A stretch of 64,000 nt of DNA, from positions 53,754,001 through 53,818,000 of the forward strand of contig OZ024743.1 of the NCBI GenBank assembly GCA_964016885.1. Direction: 5' to 3'. Positions within the stretch are counted from its first letter, which is position 1; every line of letters begins with the position of its first letter. The position numbers and the translations under genes are program-made. Of the stretch, positions 28,339 to 40,795 are shown in pieces. The DNA comes from Eledone cirrhosa (lineage: Eukaryota). Below the pieces are notes generated by a model. The model searched no databases. It saw nothing but the letters and a program-made list of their open reading frames with translations, and was not told the DNA's origin.

Positions 28339-29673
28339 GGTCGGGCGGAAGTGGCGAACACCTACATAGCGTCCGTCATCTACTACCGCCTGACCGTAGT
28401 GCCCTGCCCAAGGGAAACCCTCACCAAGATGGAGCGCGCGCTCTTCCAATTCCTTTGGAAGAGGCGGGCTCCTATGGTGAGGAGATCCATCTGCTGTCAA
28501 CACCCTTCGAAAGGAGGGCTGGGGATGCCGTGGCTAATGATGCGTAAACACGCATTAAGGCTACGGCACCTCTACGTATTCCTCACCGGACAACCGGTGT
28601 GGGCCTCGTTTGTGAGACGAACCTTTCCCAGACTCGTCTCACTCACCGAGCTGCAATCCTGGGTCAAGCAAAGACCGAGAAAACTGGGCGCCTGGCACAC
28701 TGAGTGTGCCCAGGCGCTCACCGCCCTCTGGCAGGCGGATCCGGTTATCAGTGGAGACTCCACCGCAACATTTTATAGAGGGCTGGTACGCAGCAGGTGC
28801 GACGACGCCCTCGGAGAAGCCCTAGACATGGAGGAGGACGAACTGGCCAGCCTGTTCGGTAGGACATTCAGCCCGGGACCTATGGACAACTTCCAGAAGT
28901 CCCTGGCCTGGCAGTGCTACCGAGGGGCTTTACCCGTTCGAGAAAGGCTCTACAGACACGGGCGCCCGGGTAGGGACCCCGCCAAAAAGATCTGTCCCAG
29001 ATGCGTGTGCGACGAGGAAACCGTTGCACACGCATTGGTACACTGCTCGGGCGTAGCCGATCTGTGGGGCTATGTCGAACAACTGCTGTCAAGGGTGGGA
29101 CCGATCCGGTTGACCACCGAGTCTATTGTAATGATCAAGCCGCCTCCCCCCTTCAAAGATGAAGCAGAGGCGGTGTTTCTGTGCGTAATAGCCATGGCGA
29201 AAGAGGTTGTATGGTGGACGCGTCTGAAAGGACTGAGGTCAGGCACCTTTCTCTCTGGCCAACAACTGGTCCGTTTCTTCCGATATCATTTCGGAAGAAG
29301 GATCAGGATGGAGAGAGAGGTGCTGCACCCCAGCCGTTTCTATGAAAGATGGGTGAAAGTGGCGAGAATGGCCCGTGTGAATGGGCCTTCACTCTACATC
29401 AGACTATAGGTGAGGAAGATGAAAGACCAAGGGAGCACCCCTTCTCTGTGCTCCTGAGGAGAAGGGTTGCACACTTTTTTCGGGGGTGTGTGCGACCCCC
29501 CAAGGCGCCTCCTCTCTATTGAGGATTTTGTTAAAAATTTTATTTTTTGTTATATCTTATTTTATTTTTATATTTTGTTATTGCCTCCTCCTTATTGAGG
29601 ACGCCTTTTTGTGTAAACTCCCCCCTTTGTACTTGTCCCACTTTTGATGCCCTAGTGGCAAATAAAAGAAACA
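28339..29673 (+). mobile_element. Tx1/L1-clade LINE, 5'-truncated copy A (ORF2 C-terminus open 28339-29409, then 3' UTR)
   Basis: [18 protein letters not shown]...FQFLW...GGLGMP...CPRC..ETVAHALVHC (zf-RVT-like); flanks tatctatctatcaatct| and |tatctatctatc. Confidence 0.9.
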
Positions 29674-30906
29674 TATCTATCTATCTGTCGTTATCTTTCA
29701 CCCTCTTAACCCATTACTCTTTCTCTCCATCAATAACTCCTTCTCTGTGTGTCTCTGTCTTTCTTTGCCCCTTTCCCCCTCTGATGCTTATTTCATCTCT
29801 CTTCTCTTCACAACCACCAGCACCAACATCTACATCAACATTAACATCATCCCCATCCCCACCACCATCACCATCACCAACACCAACACCAACACTATCA
29901 CTATCACCAACACCTACAACATCAACTTCAGCACCATCACCATCACCATCACCATCACCATCATCATCACCATCACCATCACCCTCACCAACACCAACAC
30001 CAACAATAACACTATCAGTACGTCGGCAGGAAACATCCCGAATTTATCCGAGGTTGATCGGAGATATACGAATAAAAAGGCCCGAAAACTAACGGAGAGT
30101 CGCGGAGACTGTATGGAGCCAGCTGGTCTCAATTATATAGCAATCATTGGCACGGAATTGGTTAATTTCCGTCGAATTTGTCTGCGGAAACGGCTACAGC
30201 TAAGTTGACAACTAGAAGAGGTGATTTCTGTAAACAAACAGGGCATTCAACTTGACAGCTGGCTTAAATGATCACAATGATATCCTTTCTTTCTCTCTAC
30301 CTCACTGAGTCACTCTCTCTCTCTTTCTCTCTCTCTCTCTTGACTCTTCCTTTCTCTCTCTTTACCCTTTGAAAGCTCTCCTCTCTTTCTCTTTCTCTCT
30401 CTCTCTCTCTCCCTCTTTTGACTCTACCTTTCTCTCTCTCGCTCTCTTTCTCTCTCACTCCTTTTTTGCTCTTCTTTTCTCTCTCTCTCTCACTCTATCC
30501 CTCTTTTGACTCTTCTTTTCTCTCTCTCTCTGACTCTATCCCTCTTTTGACTCTTCTTTTCTCTCTCTCTCTCTCACTCTACCCCTCTTTTGACTCTTCT
30601 TTTCTCTCTATTTACCCTTTGACACCTCTCCCCCTCTCTTTCTTTACACATTATTTACTCCTTCTCTCTCTTATTTGACTCTTCCTTTCTCTTTCTTTAC
30701 CTTTTGCATCCTCTCTCCTCTCTTTGACTCTTCCTTCCTCTTTCTTTACCCTTTGACCTCTTCTCCTATCTCTCCTTCTCCTATCTCTCTCTCACCCACT
30801 CATTCTCTCTCACTCTCTCTCTCTCTCTCTCTCTACTCTTTGACTACTCTCCTTCCCTCTCCCTCCTCTTTTTTGCTTTTTGACTCCTGTTTCCCTCTCT
30901 CCCCGC

Positions 30907-30938
<32 letters not shown>

Positions 30939-31201
30939 ACCTCACTGCCTCTACATACTCTTTGACACCCTCCTCTATTCTTGCCCCTCTGTCTGTCCAT
31001 CTGTCTATCTGCCCCCCCCCCCTCTATCTCTCTTTCTACTTCTCATCTCCCCGCCTTCTCTCCTCTATGTTTTTACTCTCTCAGATTCTCATATTTTGAT
31101 CTGATCAAAATGATACTCTTTCTCTCTCTAATTGCTTCACTTGTTTTATCTCTTCATCACTGCTTCTCCCTCTCTCACTCTTTCTATTCCCCTCTCTCTC
31201 A

Positions 31202-31240
<39 letters not shown>

Positions 31241-31707
31241 AACCATCTTACATTTCTACCTCTTTCCAATTTCTTCCTCATTTTTCCTCCTACCACTCTG
31301 TGCTTGTTACAACAGTTGTTATTGTTGTTAACGCCGTCGTCGGTAGTAAGGTAATGATGGTGGTGGTGGAGGTGGTGGTGATGATGACGGGGTCAGTGTC
31401 TCTGGTTGGTATAGTGGTGGTGGTGGTGGTTATTGCTGAGGTGGTGGTAGTGGTGGTGACGATGACGGGGTCAGTGTCTCTGGTTGGTATAGTGGTGGTG
31501 GTGGTGGCAACAACGTGGTGCATATGAGAGGTATAGTGGTGTAGTGGTAGTTGCTATTACTGCGGTGGTAATGGTGATGGTGGCGGTGGTGATATTAGTA
31601 GTGTTGCTGGTGGCTAATAGAGTTGACTGATCGCATCACCATCATCGCCATCATCATTATCACCACTACTATCTTCTTAATTATCACCATCACTCTCATC
31701 AACGCTC

Positions 31708-31740
<33 letters not shown>

Positions 31741-32060
31741 ATCTTCTTCTTTGACACTTGTTTCACCACCATTACCGCCACCACAACATCATCATCATCA
31801 TACAAGCAACAGCAACATCATCATTACAATCACCATCACCATCGCCAACCCTGCCAACAAGCACCATCAATTTAACTACATCCGCTGTCTCCACTAGCTT
31901 TGACACCGACATCATCATCATCATCATCATCATCTATACACACCGATTTGCCATCAGAATATTCACCACTGCCACCTTCTCTATCACCACCACAATCACC
32001 ATATATGTGTGTGCATATATATATATGTGTGTGTGTGTGTATGTGTGTGTGTGCGTACAC

Positions 32061-32235
<175 letters not shown>

Positions 32236-32534
32236 CACACAGAAAGATAGACAGATATATATATATATATATATATACACAGAAAGATAGAGAGATAGAT
32301 AGATATATTTCTTTATAAGGGTGCACAAGAAAAGGGGACAATACAAAGACGCATGCCGGGGATTTTACATACAGTCGTGTAAAAATATGAAACAAACAAA
32401 TATAACAATTGAACTCCCCAATAGGAGGGAGGCGCCACAAATGGGTTGTTTAATACCCCGTCGATAGAACAACCCTCAACTTCAGGAGTGTGTTGTGCAA
32501 GTGCTCCTTTCTTCCTTTTGCTCTCTTCCTCAAC

Positions 32535-35500
32535 CTACAGGCTTATAAACAGAGAAGGCCCAATCACTCGGGCCATTTTCGCTTCATTCACCCACCTTTC
32601 AGTAAATTTACTGGGGTGCAGTGTCTCTCTCTCCACTCTGATTCTCCTTCTAAAGTGATACTTAAAAAGGGAATCAATTGTTGTCCGGAGAGAAAGGCAT
32701 CTGTCCTCAGTTCTCTCAACCTCGTCCACCATATAACCTCTTTCACCATAGCCACTATACAGAGGAAAACCGTCTCTCTTTCATTTTTGAAAGAAGTTGG
32801 TGGCTTGATCCTTACTATGGACTCGGCAGTCAACTGGATTTGTCCCATACGCGACAGCAGTTGTTCCGCGAAGTTCCACAGGTCGGGCAGTGTACAATTG
32901 CGTGCAGGACTGTTTCAATGTCCCATACGCGACAGCAGTTGTTCCGCGAAGTTCCACAGGTCGGGCAGTGTACAATTGCGTGCAGGACTGTTTCAATGTC
33001 CTGCGCGCATCTTGGACACGTCCTCTTGGAAGGATCCCTGCCGTGGCGTCCGTGCCTGTAGATCTTGTCACGAACTGGTAGAGCTCTTCGGTCCCGGGCG
33101 GAAAGTCCTAACGAACAGACTGGTGAGTTCGTCGTCTTCGACGCCTAGAGTCTCCCCGAGCACGTCGTCGCCCTTGTGGCGTACTAACCCTCTATAGAAT
33201 GTTGAAGTGGAGTCTCCACTGATTGCCGTGCTCGCTTGACAGAGGCCTGTGAGGGCCTGAGCTCATTCAATGTGCCAGGCGCCCATCTTCTTCGGTCTTC
33301 GCATGACCCAGAACTGCTGCTCCGTCAGCGAGACAAGATGCGGGAAGGCCTGTCTCACAAACGGTGCCCACACCGGTTGGGTGTCGGTGAGGAATACCTG
33401 TAGATGCCGTAGCCTCAGCGCATGCTTGCGCATCATCAGCCACGGCATTCCCAACCCTCCGTTGGAAGGGTGCTGACAGCAGACGGATCTCCTCACCAGT
33501 GGAGCCTGTTTCTTCCAAAGGAACTGGAAGAACATGCGTTCCATCTTGGTGAGGTATTCACGGGGACAAGGCACGACGGTCAAGCGGTAGTAGATGACGG
33601 ACGTTATGAAAGTGTTCGCCACCTCCGCTCGACCTTTCAAGGATAGTTTGCCCATTTCTGGGTGAGCGCAAATAACTTGGCTGTGACCTCGTTCCAGTTT
33701 TTCTCCACCTGGAGGTCTGGACCGTACCAGACCCCGAACAATTTCACCAGTCCGTCCATCCAGCAACTGACGACGCTGTCGGGCGGCATCGGTTTGCCTC
33801 TCCACGTTCCGAGTTGCAAACCGACAGAGTTGTCCGAATTCAGTTTTGCTCCCGTGAGCCTTTCATCTTTTGCAGTAAGTTGCCGATCGCCCCGATTTCG
33901 GAGGCTTACGATACCATTACCATTACGGCGTCGGCATAAGCCGACGCCGCTTTCCGCAGTCCCGGTTCCAATGGAATGCCCTGCAGCAGCTCCAGCTTCC
34001 GCAATAGTGGCTCAAGAGTCAGTATGTACAGAATGGAGGAGAGAGAAATCGCTGTCTGATGGAACACGTGATTGCGAACGGCTCCGATGGGTATCCGTTC
34101 ACCTTGACCATCGAGCAGATGTTGGTGTGCATTGCGGTGATCCAGCCTCTGAAGACGGGTCCGAAACCGGCCGTCTTGAGAACCGCTTCCAAGTATCGAT
34201 GGTCGACCCTATCGAATGCCTTAGACAGATCTAAATTGATCAGAGCACCACCAAAGCCGGGTTTACACCCCACCCTCTCTATGATGTATCGCATGAGGTG
34301 GAGGTTGTCGTGTATGGACCTGGTCGAGATTGCACACGTTTGCGCTTTCCCTACCAGGTTCTCCACGATAAGCGCCAATCTCGTTGCCAACACCTTGGCC
34401 AAAATCTTTAACTCTGTGTTGAGCAGAGTTGTGGGCCTAAAGTTGCTTACTTCGTCCCCCTTGTTCTCGTCTTTCCTGATTAGCGTTACTACGCCCCTGC
34501 CTGCAGAACTGGGAATTCTCCCGCTTTGCTGCCAGTTGCAGTAGACGGCTTTGAGGACGCCAGAGAACAAGTCCGGCATGCCTATGTAAAACTCATCGGG
34601 TAGACCATCTAGACTGGGTGATTTGCGTTTCCCGCAGCGGCCCAGAGCGTCCCGTATCTCAGTGGCTGTGATCGGTCTTTCGCAGAACTCGGCGTCCATG
34701 CTCGAGAGACGCGGCAGGCCGTCGAGGTATGAACCGAAGTCCATTGCCCCGTTCGACGCACCGCCACTCTGCCCGAACAGTTGCACAAAGTGCCGCTGAA
34801 AGGCCGCGCACATCCGCTTGGGGTCAAGTAGCACGCGTCCATTTGGGTCTTTCAAAGACCGAATCATGGACTTGTTGCCACTCGGGCCCAGCTAACAGCT
34901 TTCGCTCCCTCGTTTCCTAGAGGACGTGATTTACTTCTGACCACGCAGCCTTCGTGTTTCGCGTCGAAGAACTGCTCCAGTGCCGTTCTCGTTGCTAGCA
35001 CTCTAGCTACGTTACCACTCCTAAGCGCCTCCTCTACCTTGGCTACTAGTTCCGTTTCTGTTTTGTTTCTCTCTAAGGCTAACTCTCTGCTAAAGTCTAT
35101 CGACTCTACGCTAATTGCTTTCTTGAGGGAGTACCACCATCTGTTGTTGACGATGGCTCCCGTCAATTGTTGCTTAACTAATCTACTTATCCGTTCACTG
35201 TAGGCTGTACGTGTCGGTAGTGACACGTTCAGCTTCCAGTATCCGGGTCCTTGTCTATGTATTCTATCACTGTTGACTATGCAGAAGACTAGTTTGTGGT
35301 ATGAATAGGCAACCATGTGCATTTGTGGACAGCTTAACATCTTCTTGTCCTTCTCTCTAATGAAAAACCTATCTAAATACGATCTAGATGTCCCGCTGCG
35401 GTTTGCCCACGTCCACTGTGGTGCAGTCGGGAAATCTAGTCGATATCTATCGGCCAGTTGGAATTGGCCGATTAGATTTTTGAGGCTGTTGCACCTCCCT

Positions 35501-35940
35501 CTACTGGGACGTGCTCCCACATAGTCCCATCGTGCATCTAGGATACCATTCCAGTTCCCCACTAAACGTAAGGAGCGAGACGTTCCCAGAAAAGACTCTA
35601 GACACTTAAAGAAGTCTGGCCGCGATTGCGATTGCCCGTCGGGGCATAAACGGCCACCAGTCTGAAGGCTCCACCTCCAATACTGTTCACGTCTAGGACT
35701 ACCAGTCTACCCTCCGGGTCCAAGTGTACTTGCTGTACTTCGACGTCCAGGTTTTTCCGAATCATGCCAACCACTCTCCCTCCACCTCCTGGCTGACAGA
35801 GAGATGAGTAGATCTCAAAGTCATTGAATATGGGAGTTAGTTGCTGCCTGTTGTGAATCCTGGACTCGGTGATGGCTACCGTGTGACCTAAGGTCGTTCA
35901 AAAGTTGGCCCTGTTTCCAACTCATCCCTAGGCCACTAGC
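32535..35940 (-). pseudogene. ORF2 (APE endonuclease + reverse transcriptase + Cys motif) of Tx1 copy B, disrupted
   Basis: EN motifs VAITES, VAVYAP, GNWN, SYLDRF, S(Y)H, GPGYWKLN; RT motifs KSPSLDG, NFRPTTLLN, LDLSKAFDRVDH, YAD(A); several frameshifts and stops. Confidence 0.9.
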
Positions 35941-35985
35941 GATGTTGGTGGAGAAGAGTTGGCGAAAAAGGACGAAAGGGTGCAC

Positions 35986-38053
35986 TTACCTTTTCGTTTC
36001 CTGGAGATCGGGTTGTTCAATCTCCATTTGGGTGCTGGAGGGGGTGTTGGGTGGGGGTGGGGAAACATTTTAACAGGACGCGGTTGATGGGTTTCTGGCA
36101 GGGGTTGCCCACGTCCTGCGAAAATTTGTTCTTCAGGTCACTATAGGTCTCCATAGAAACTCTTATAAGTTTAAGGTGTGGAGACGATTCTGCTTTAACG
36201 AAAGTTTTGCCCTCCGTCTCCACCTTGGAGTTTTGGGAGATGACCTCCATCAAACTCTTGTTGTTTGTGGTGATGTAAGCGTATTGTTGTTTGTGTTTTT
36301 GTTGTGTTGCCATTGTTTGTTGTTCGTTCGGGAGTTTTCTTTTTATGGTGGGTGCTTGTGTTTGGGGTGGTGTTGGTGTTGGTTTTGCTGGTAGGGGATG
36401 TTTGACTGTGGTGTTGTTTGTGTTGTTGTTTGTGTCTGTGGTTGTGTGTTGGTGTTGGTGATTGGAGTTTTGTGGGTTTTGTGGGGTCTCTTTTTTTGGA
36501 TTTCCGAGGCTCTCCTTCTTCTTCACTTAAAGAAGAAGAAGCAGCCTCATCTGTTGTTGAATAATCATCGCCAGGAGTGTGGGGTAGGGGTATGTTGTGT
36601 GGTAGAGGTATTTCGGTGTATGTGTTTATGGTAGTGTTTGATGTAGCGGGATGGGGTGGGGCTGTGTTCTTCAGGGGTGTTGTCTGTGTTTTTTCTGTTG
36701 TTGTTGGTTGAGTGGCTGTTTGTTTTGGTGTGTTTGCTTGTTTCGTGTGTTGTTGTTGTTGAAGTGGTGGTTGTTTTGGTGTTGGTGTTAGAAACAGTGT
36801 TTTCTTTTGTATTGTTTTGGTTGAGTGTGTTTGTAAAAGGCAGGAAGCTTTAGGTGTGTGGTGCTACTGCAACGAAAGCAATGTGGTTTTCGTACCTCAA
36901 CCGAAATGCTTATGTGGCTGCTGTTGTCCACCAGCACTTTTTCTGGTATTTTGGAGATTCTTTCCAGGATCATTTGCACTAGAATCTCCAAATTTGTACC
37001 AGACCACGTATGTCTGGTTGACTTTTTGATGGAGAGAATGGTGTCTTTTCTCTCCTCTAAAAATCCTGCCAATATCCACCAAATATTAATATTTGATGGT
37101 ATGTTTGTAATTCTGATTTTTTGTGTCCTTTTTCCCAGGTATGTAGGGAAAAAGGTGTATTTTGTGATAGTATTGGCGTCACTGAGTATCTTTGTGCAAG
37201 GGCATCGATTTTTAGGAGTACCGAAATACTCCCGTACTGTTTGGCCCTCTGCATGCAGTCAATGTTTGGCAATATCTCCTTCAAGGTTGCCTCAATTTCC
37301 CCTTGACTGAGGAATGCTGGTCGTTTTGTTTCATTTGAAACAGTTCTGAAGGTAATTGTCCTTCGAAATGTTTCCAGACGAATTTCTGGGGGTGAGTTTA
37401 TCTGAAATCCACCGTTTTCACCGAAAGTGATAAACTCCTTTGCTTCAGAGAGCATCTGTTTCGTATTGGAGATATCGAGATCTTTGAACTCTTGTTTCTT
37501 GATGACTGTTTGCGCAAAAGTTTTTTTTGTGTTGTTGTTATTGTTGTTGTTGTGGTTATCGGTTTTTCTGTTTGTAGTTGTGTCAATGGTTTTATTTTCT
37601 GTTGTTTTTTCTGTTTTTTTTTGTGTCTGTTGTACACTGTGTGGTCCGATCTTGTTTTTATTTTTGTTGTCCCTATTGGCTTCCATGGTGACGCCAATAC
37701 ATGCGGAGTTAGAGGTAACGTTATTATTATTTGTGACTGTTTCTGTAAAAGTTATTTTTTTGGTGTTGTTGTTGCTGTGTTGTTGTTGTTGATGTGGTTG
37801 TGGTTGTCGGTTTTTCAGTTTGTAGTTGTGTATATTGTTTCATTTTTTGTGGTTTTTATGTCTGTTGTAAGCTGTGTGGTCCATCTTGTAAGTTGTATTT
37901 TTCGGCTTCTTGGCAAAACAAAACTTTGTTGTCACTATTTGTCTCCATAGCGACGCCTATGTAGGCAGAAGTTGCGGTAACGTTACTCTCTGCCTTTCTC
38001 TCTCTACTTTCTTCGTCAGCGTTCGGTAGCGTTGCTTCTACCAAGCTAGCCAT
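35986..38053 (-). pseudogene. ORF1 (gag-like) of Tx1 copy B, frameshifted
   Basis: Starts MASLVEATLP; zinc knuckle CFRCSSTTHLK(A)SC (CX2CX4HX4C, broken by a frameshift) at ~36840-36885; T/N/Q/K-rich low-complexity linkers. Confidence 0.7.
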
Positions 38054-38256
38054 TATCGATAGCAAAAATATAAAATTTTTGAAAATTTTTAAAATAAAAT
38101 TTCCGCTCCTGTGGGGCGAAAACTGAGATTACCACCCAGCTGACAATTCAGCCTGGGTGTTAATCTATCAAACAATATAAATTTTCACACAAAAAATTCT
38201 GTTTTTGTATAGAAAATTTTACAAAAACTTACCGACGATATATCGCACGTCCGGTC

Positions 38257-38324
<68 letters not shown>
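38257..38324. repeat. Perfect (GATA)17 between LINE copies B and C
   Basis: Seen directly. Confidence 0.95.
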
Positions 38325-39129
38325 TGTTTCTTTATTTGCCACAAGGGTATACAAGAAATGGGACATTACAAGACATGGCTGCGTGGGTTTTGCATAAAAA
38401 TTGTGTAAACTTAAATATTAATAAATTAAAATAAACTATTTGTTAAAATCGAAATCCCAATAGGGATGAACGTTACCGCGGGGTTGTTTTACACCCCGTG
38501 GATAGAACAACCCTCAACACCAGGAGCACATTTTGTAGGTATTCCCGTCTTCCCCCTTTTGTCTTCCTCAACTTACAGGTTTATATGCAGAGAAAGCCCA
38601 ATCACTCGGGCCATTTTCGCCACATTCACCAACCTTTCAGCGAATTTACTGGGGTTTTCTCCCTCAGTCCTTTCAACCTCGTTCACCATATTACTTCTTT
38701 CGCCATAACCACCAGATAGAGAAAAACTGCCTCTCCTTCATTGTTAAATAAAGGCGGCGGGGTGATCCTAATGATGGACTCGGCTGACAACTGGATGTGT
38801 CCCATACATGACGGTAGCTGTTCGACATAATTCCACAGGCTGGTCACCCTTGGGCACTGAACAATTGAACGGTTTCAATGTCCTACTCGTACATTGAACA
38901 GTTCCTTTTGGAAGGATCCCTACTAGGGCGTCCGTACCTGTAGATTTTGTCTCGAACTGGTAGAGCTCCTCGGTAGCACTGTCAGGCCAGAGACCTCTGG
39001 AAGTTATCCATTGGTCCTGGATAGAAAGTCCTCCCGAACAGACTGGCCAGTTCGTCCTCTTCGATGCCCAGAGTACCCCCCGAGGACGTCGTTGCACTTA
39101 TCCTCCACTAATCCCCTATAGAATGTTGA
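38325..39129 (-). mobile_element. Tx1 LINE 5'-truncated copy C (degenerate)
   Basis: Homologous to the 3' end of B (STFYRGL...MDNFQRSLA...); bounded by (GATA)n on both sides. Confidence 0.85.
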
Positions 39130-39254
39130 TGATAGATAGGTAGGTATATAGATAGATAAATAGATATATAGATAGATAGAGAGACAGATAGACAGACAAA
39201 TAGATAGAAAGATAGAAATACAGATTGATAGATAGATAGATAGATAGATAGATA

Positions 39255-39500
39255 TATTTCTTTTATTTGCCACTAGGGCATCAAAAGTGGGACAAGTACA
39301 AAGGGGGGAGTTTACACAAAAAGGCGTCCTCAATAAGGAGGAGGCAATAACAAAATATAAAAATAAAATAAGATATAACAAAAAATAAAATTTTTAACAA
39401 AATCCTCAATAGAGAGGAGGCGCCTTGGGGGGTCGCACACACCCCCGAAAAAAGTGTGCAACCCTTCTCCTCAGGAGCACAGAGAAGGGGTGCTCCCTTG
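39255..39500 (-). mobile_element. Tx1 LINE copy D (3' UTR only; essentially identical to copy A)
   Basis: Reverse complement matches ~29428-29673; (GATA)n on both sides. Confidence 0.9.
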
Positions 39501-39540
<40 letters not shown>

Positions 39541-39901
39541 TATTTCTTTATTAGCCACAGGGGCACAAAAGAAGGGGACAAATACAAAGGGGGAAGTTTA
39601 CATACAATAAAAACGTGTAAAATGTTATCACAGATGGAATTTAAAAGTTAGTCGATTTTCCCCAATAGAGGGAGACAGTTTATATGGGTAACACATACCC
39701 CCGAAAAAAAAATGTGCAACCCTCATCTCCAGGAATACGAAGAGCTTGTACTCCTTTCCTCTCCTCCTCCTTTTCCTCAACCTACAGGCTGATATAGAGA
39801 GAAGGCCCATTCACTCGGGCCATTCTCGCCACTTTCACCCACCTTTCATAAAACTTGCTGGGGTACAGCACCTCTCTCTCCATCCTGATTCTTCTTCCAA
39901 A
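39541..39901 (-). mobile_element. Tx1 LINE copy E (last ~40 codons plus 3' UTR)
   Basis: RRIRMEREVL..WVKVARMARVNGPSLYISL; (GATA)10 and (GATA)4 flanks. Confidence 0.85.
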
Positions 39902-39919
39902 GAGATAGATAGATAGATA

Positions 39920-40795
39920 TGTTTCTTTTATTTGCCACCAGGGCATCAAAAGTGGGACAAGTACAAAGGGGGGAGTTTACACAAAAAGGCGTCCTCAATA
40001 AAAATGAAATAAAATATAACAAAAAATAAAATTTATAACAAAATCTTCAATAGAGAGGAGGCGCCTTGGGGGGTCGCACACACCCCCGAAAAAGGTGTGC
40101 AACCCTTTTCCTCAGGAGCACAGAGAGGGCTTGCTCCCTCGTTCCTTCCTCTTTTCCACCTACAGGCTTATGTAAAGAGAAGGCCCATTCATACGGGCCA
40201 TTCTCGCCACTTTCACCCACCTTTCATAAAAACGACTGGGGTGGAGCACCTCTCTCTCCATCCTGATCCTTCTTCCGAAATGATATCGGAAGAAACGGAC
40301 CAGTTGTTGGCCAGAGAGAAAGGTGCCTGACCTCAGTCCTTTCAGACGCGTCCACCATACTACTTCTTTCACCATGGCTATTACGCACAGAAACACCGCC
40401 TCTCCTTCATCTTTGAAGGGGGGAGGCGGCTTGATCATTACAATAGACTCGGTGGTCAACCGGATCGGTCCCACCCTTGACAGCAGTTGTTCGACATAGC
40501 CCCACAGATCGGCTACGCCCGAGCAGTGTACCAATGCGTGTGCAACGGTTTCCTCGTCGCACACGCATCTGGGACAGATCTTTTTGGCGGGGTCCCTACC
40601 CGGGCGCCCGTGTCTGTAGAGCTTTTCTCGAACGGGTAGAGCCCCTTGGTAGCACTGCCAGGCCAGGGACTTCTGGAAGTTGTCCATAGGTCCCGGGCTG
40701 AATGTCCTACCGAACAGGCTGGCCAGTTCGTCCTCCTCCATGTCTAGGGCTTCTCCGAGGGCGTCGTCGCACCTGCTGCGTACCAGCCCTTTATA
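39920..40795 (-). mobile_element. Tx1 LINE copy F (open ORF2 C-terminus 40160-40741, nearly identical to A in ORF2)
   Basis: Protein differs from A at only a handful of residues; flanks (GATA)4 and gataaataga. Confidence 0.9.

Larger units (their letters stand above)
32306..38256 (-). mobile_element. Full-length (~5.95 kb) degenerate Tx1/L1-clade LINE, copy B
   Basis: 5' UTR, ORF1, APE-endonuclease/RT ORF2 and 3' UTR all present; both ends abut (GATA)n. Confidence 0.9.

Noticed and set aside
29547-30208. Pro/Ser/Thr-rich mucin-like ORFs
   Set aside because: LINE 3' UTR plus (CAC/CAT/CAA)n repeats; no coding evidence
35984-35992. Perfect splice donor AAG/GTAAGT (- strand) at the LINE ORF1/ORF2 junction
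   Set aside because: Single occurrence that coincides with the probable ORF1 stop codon; no evidence of splicing
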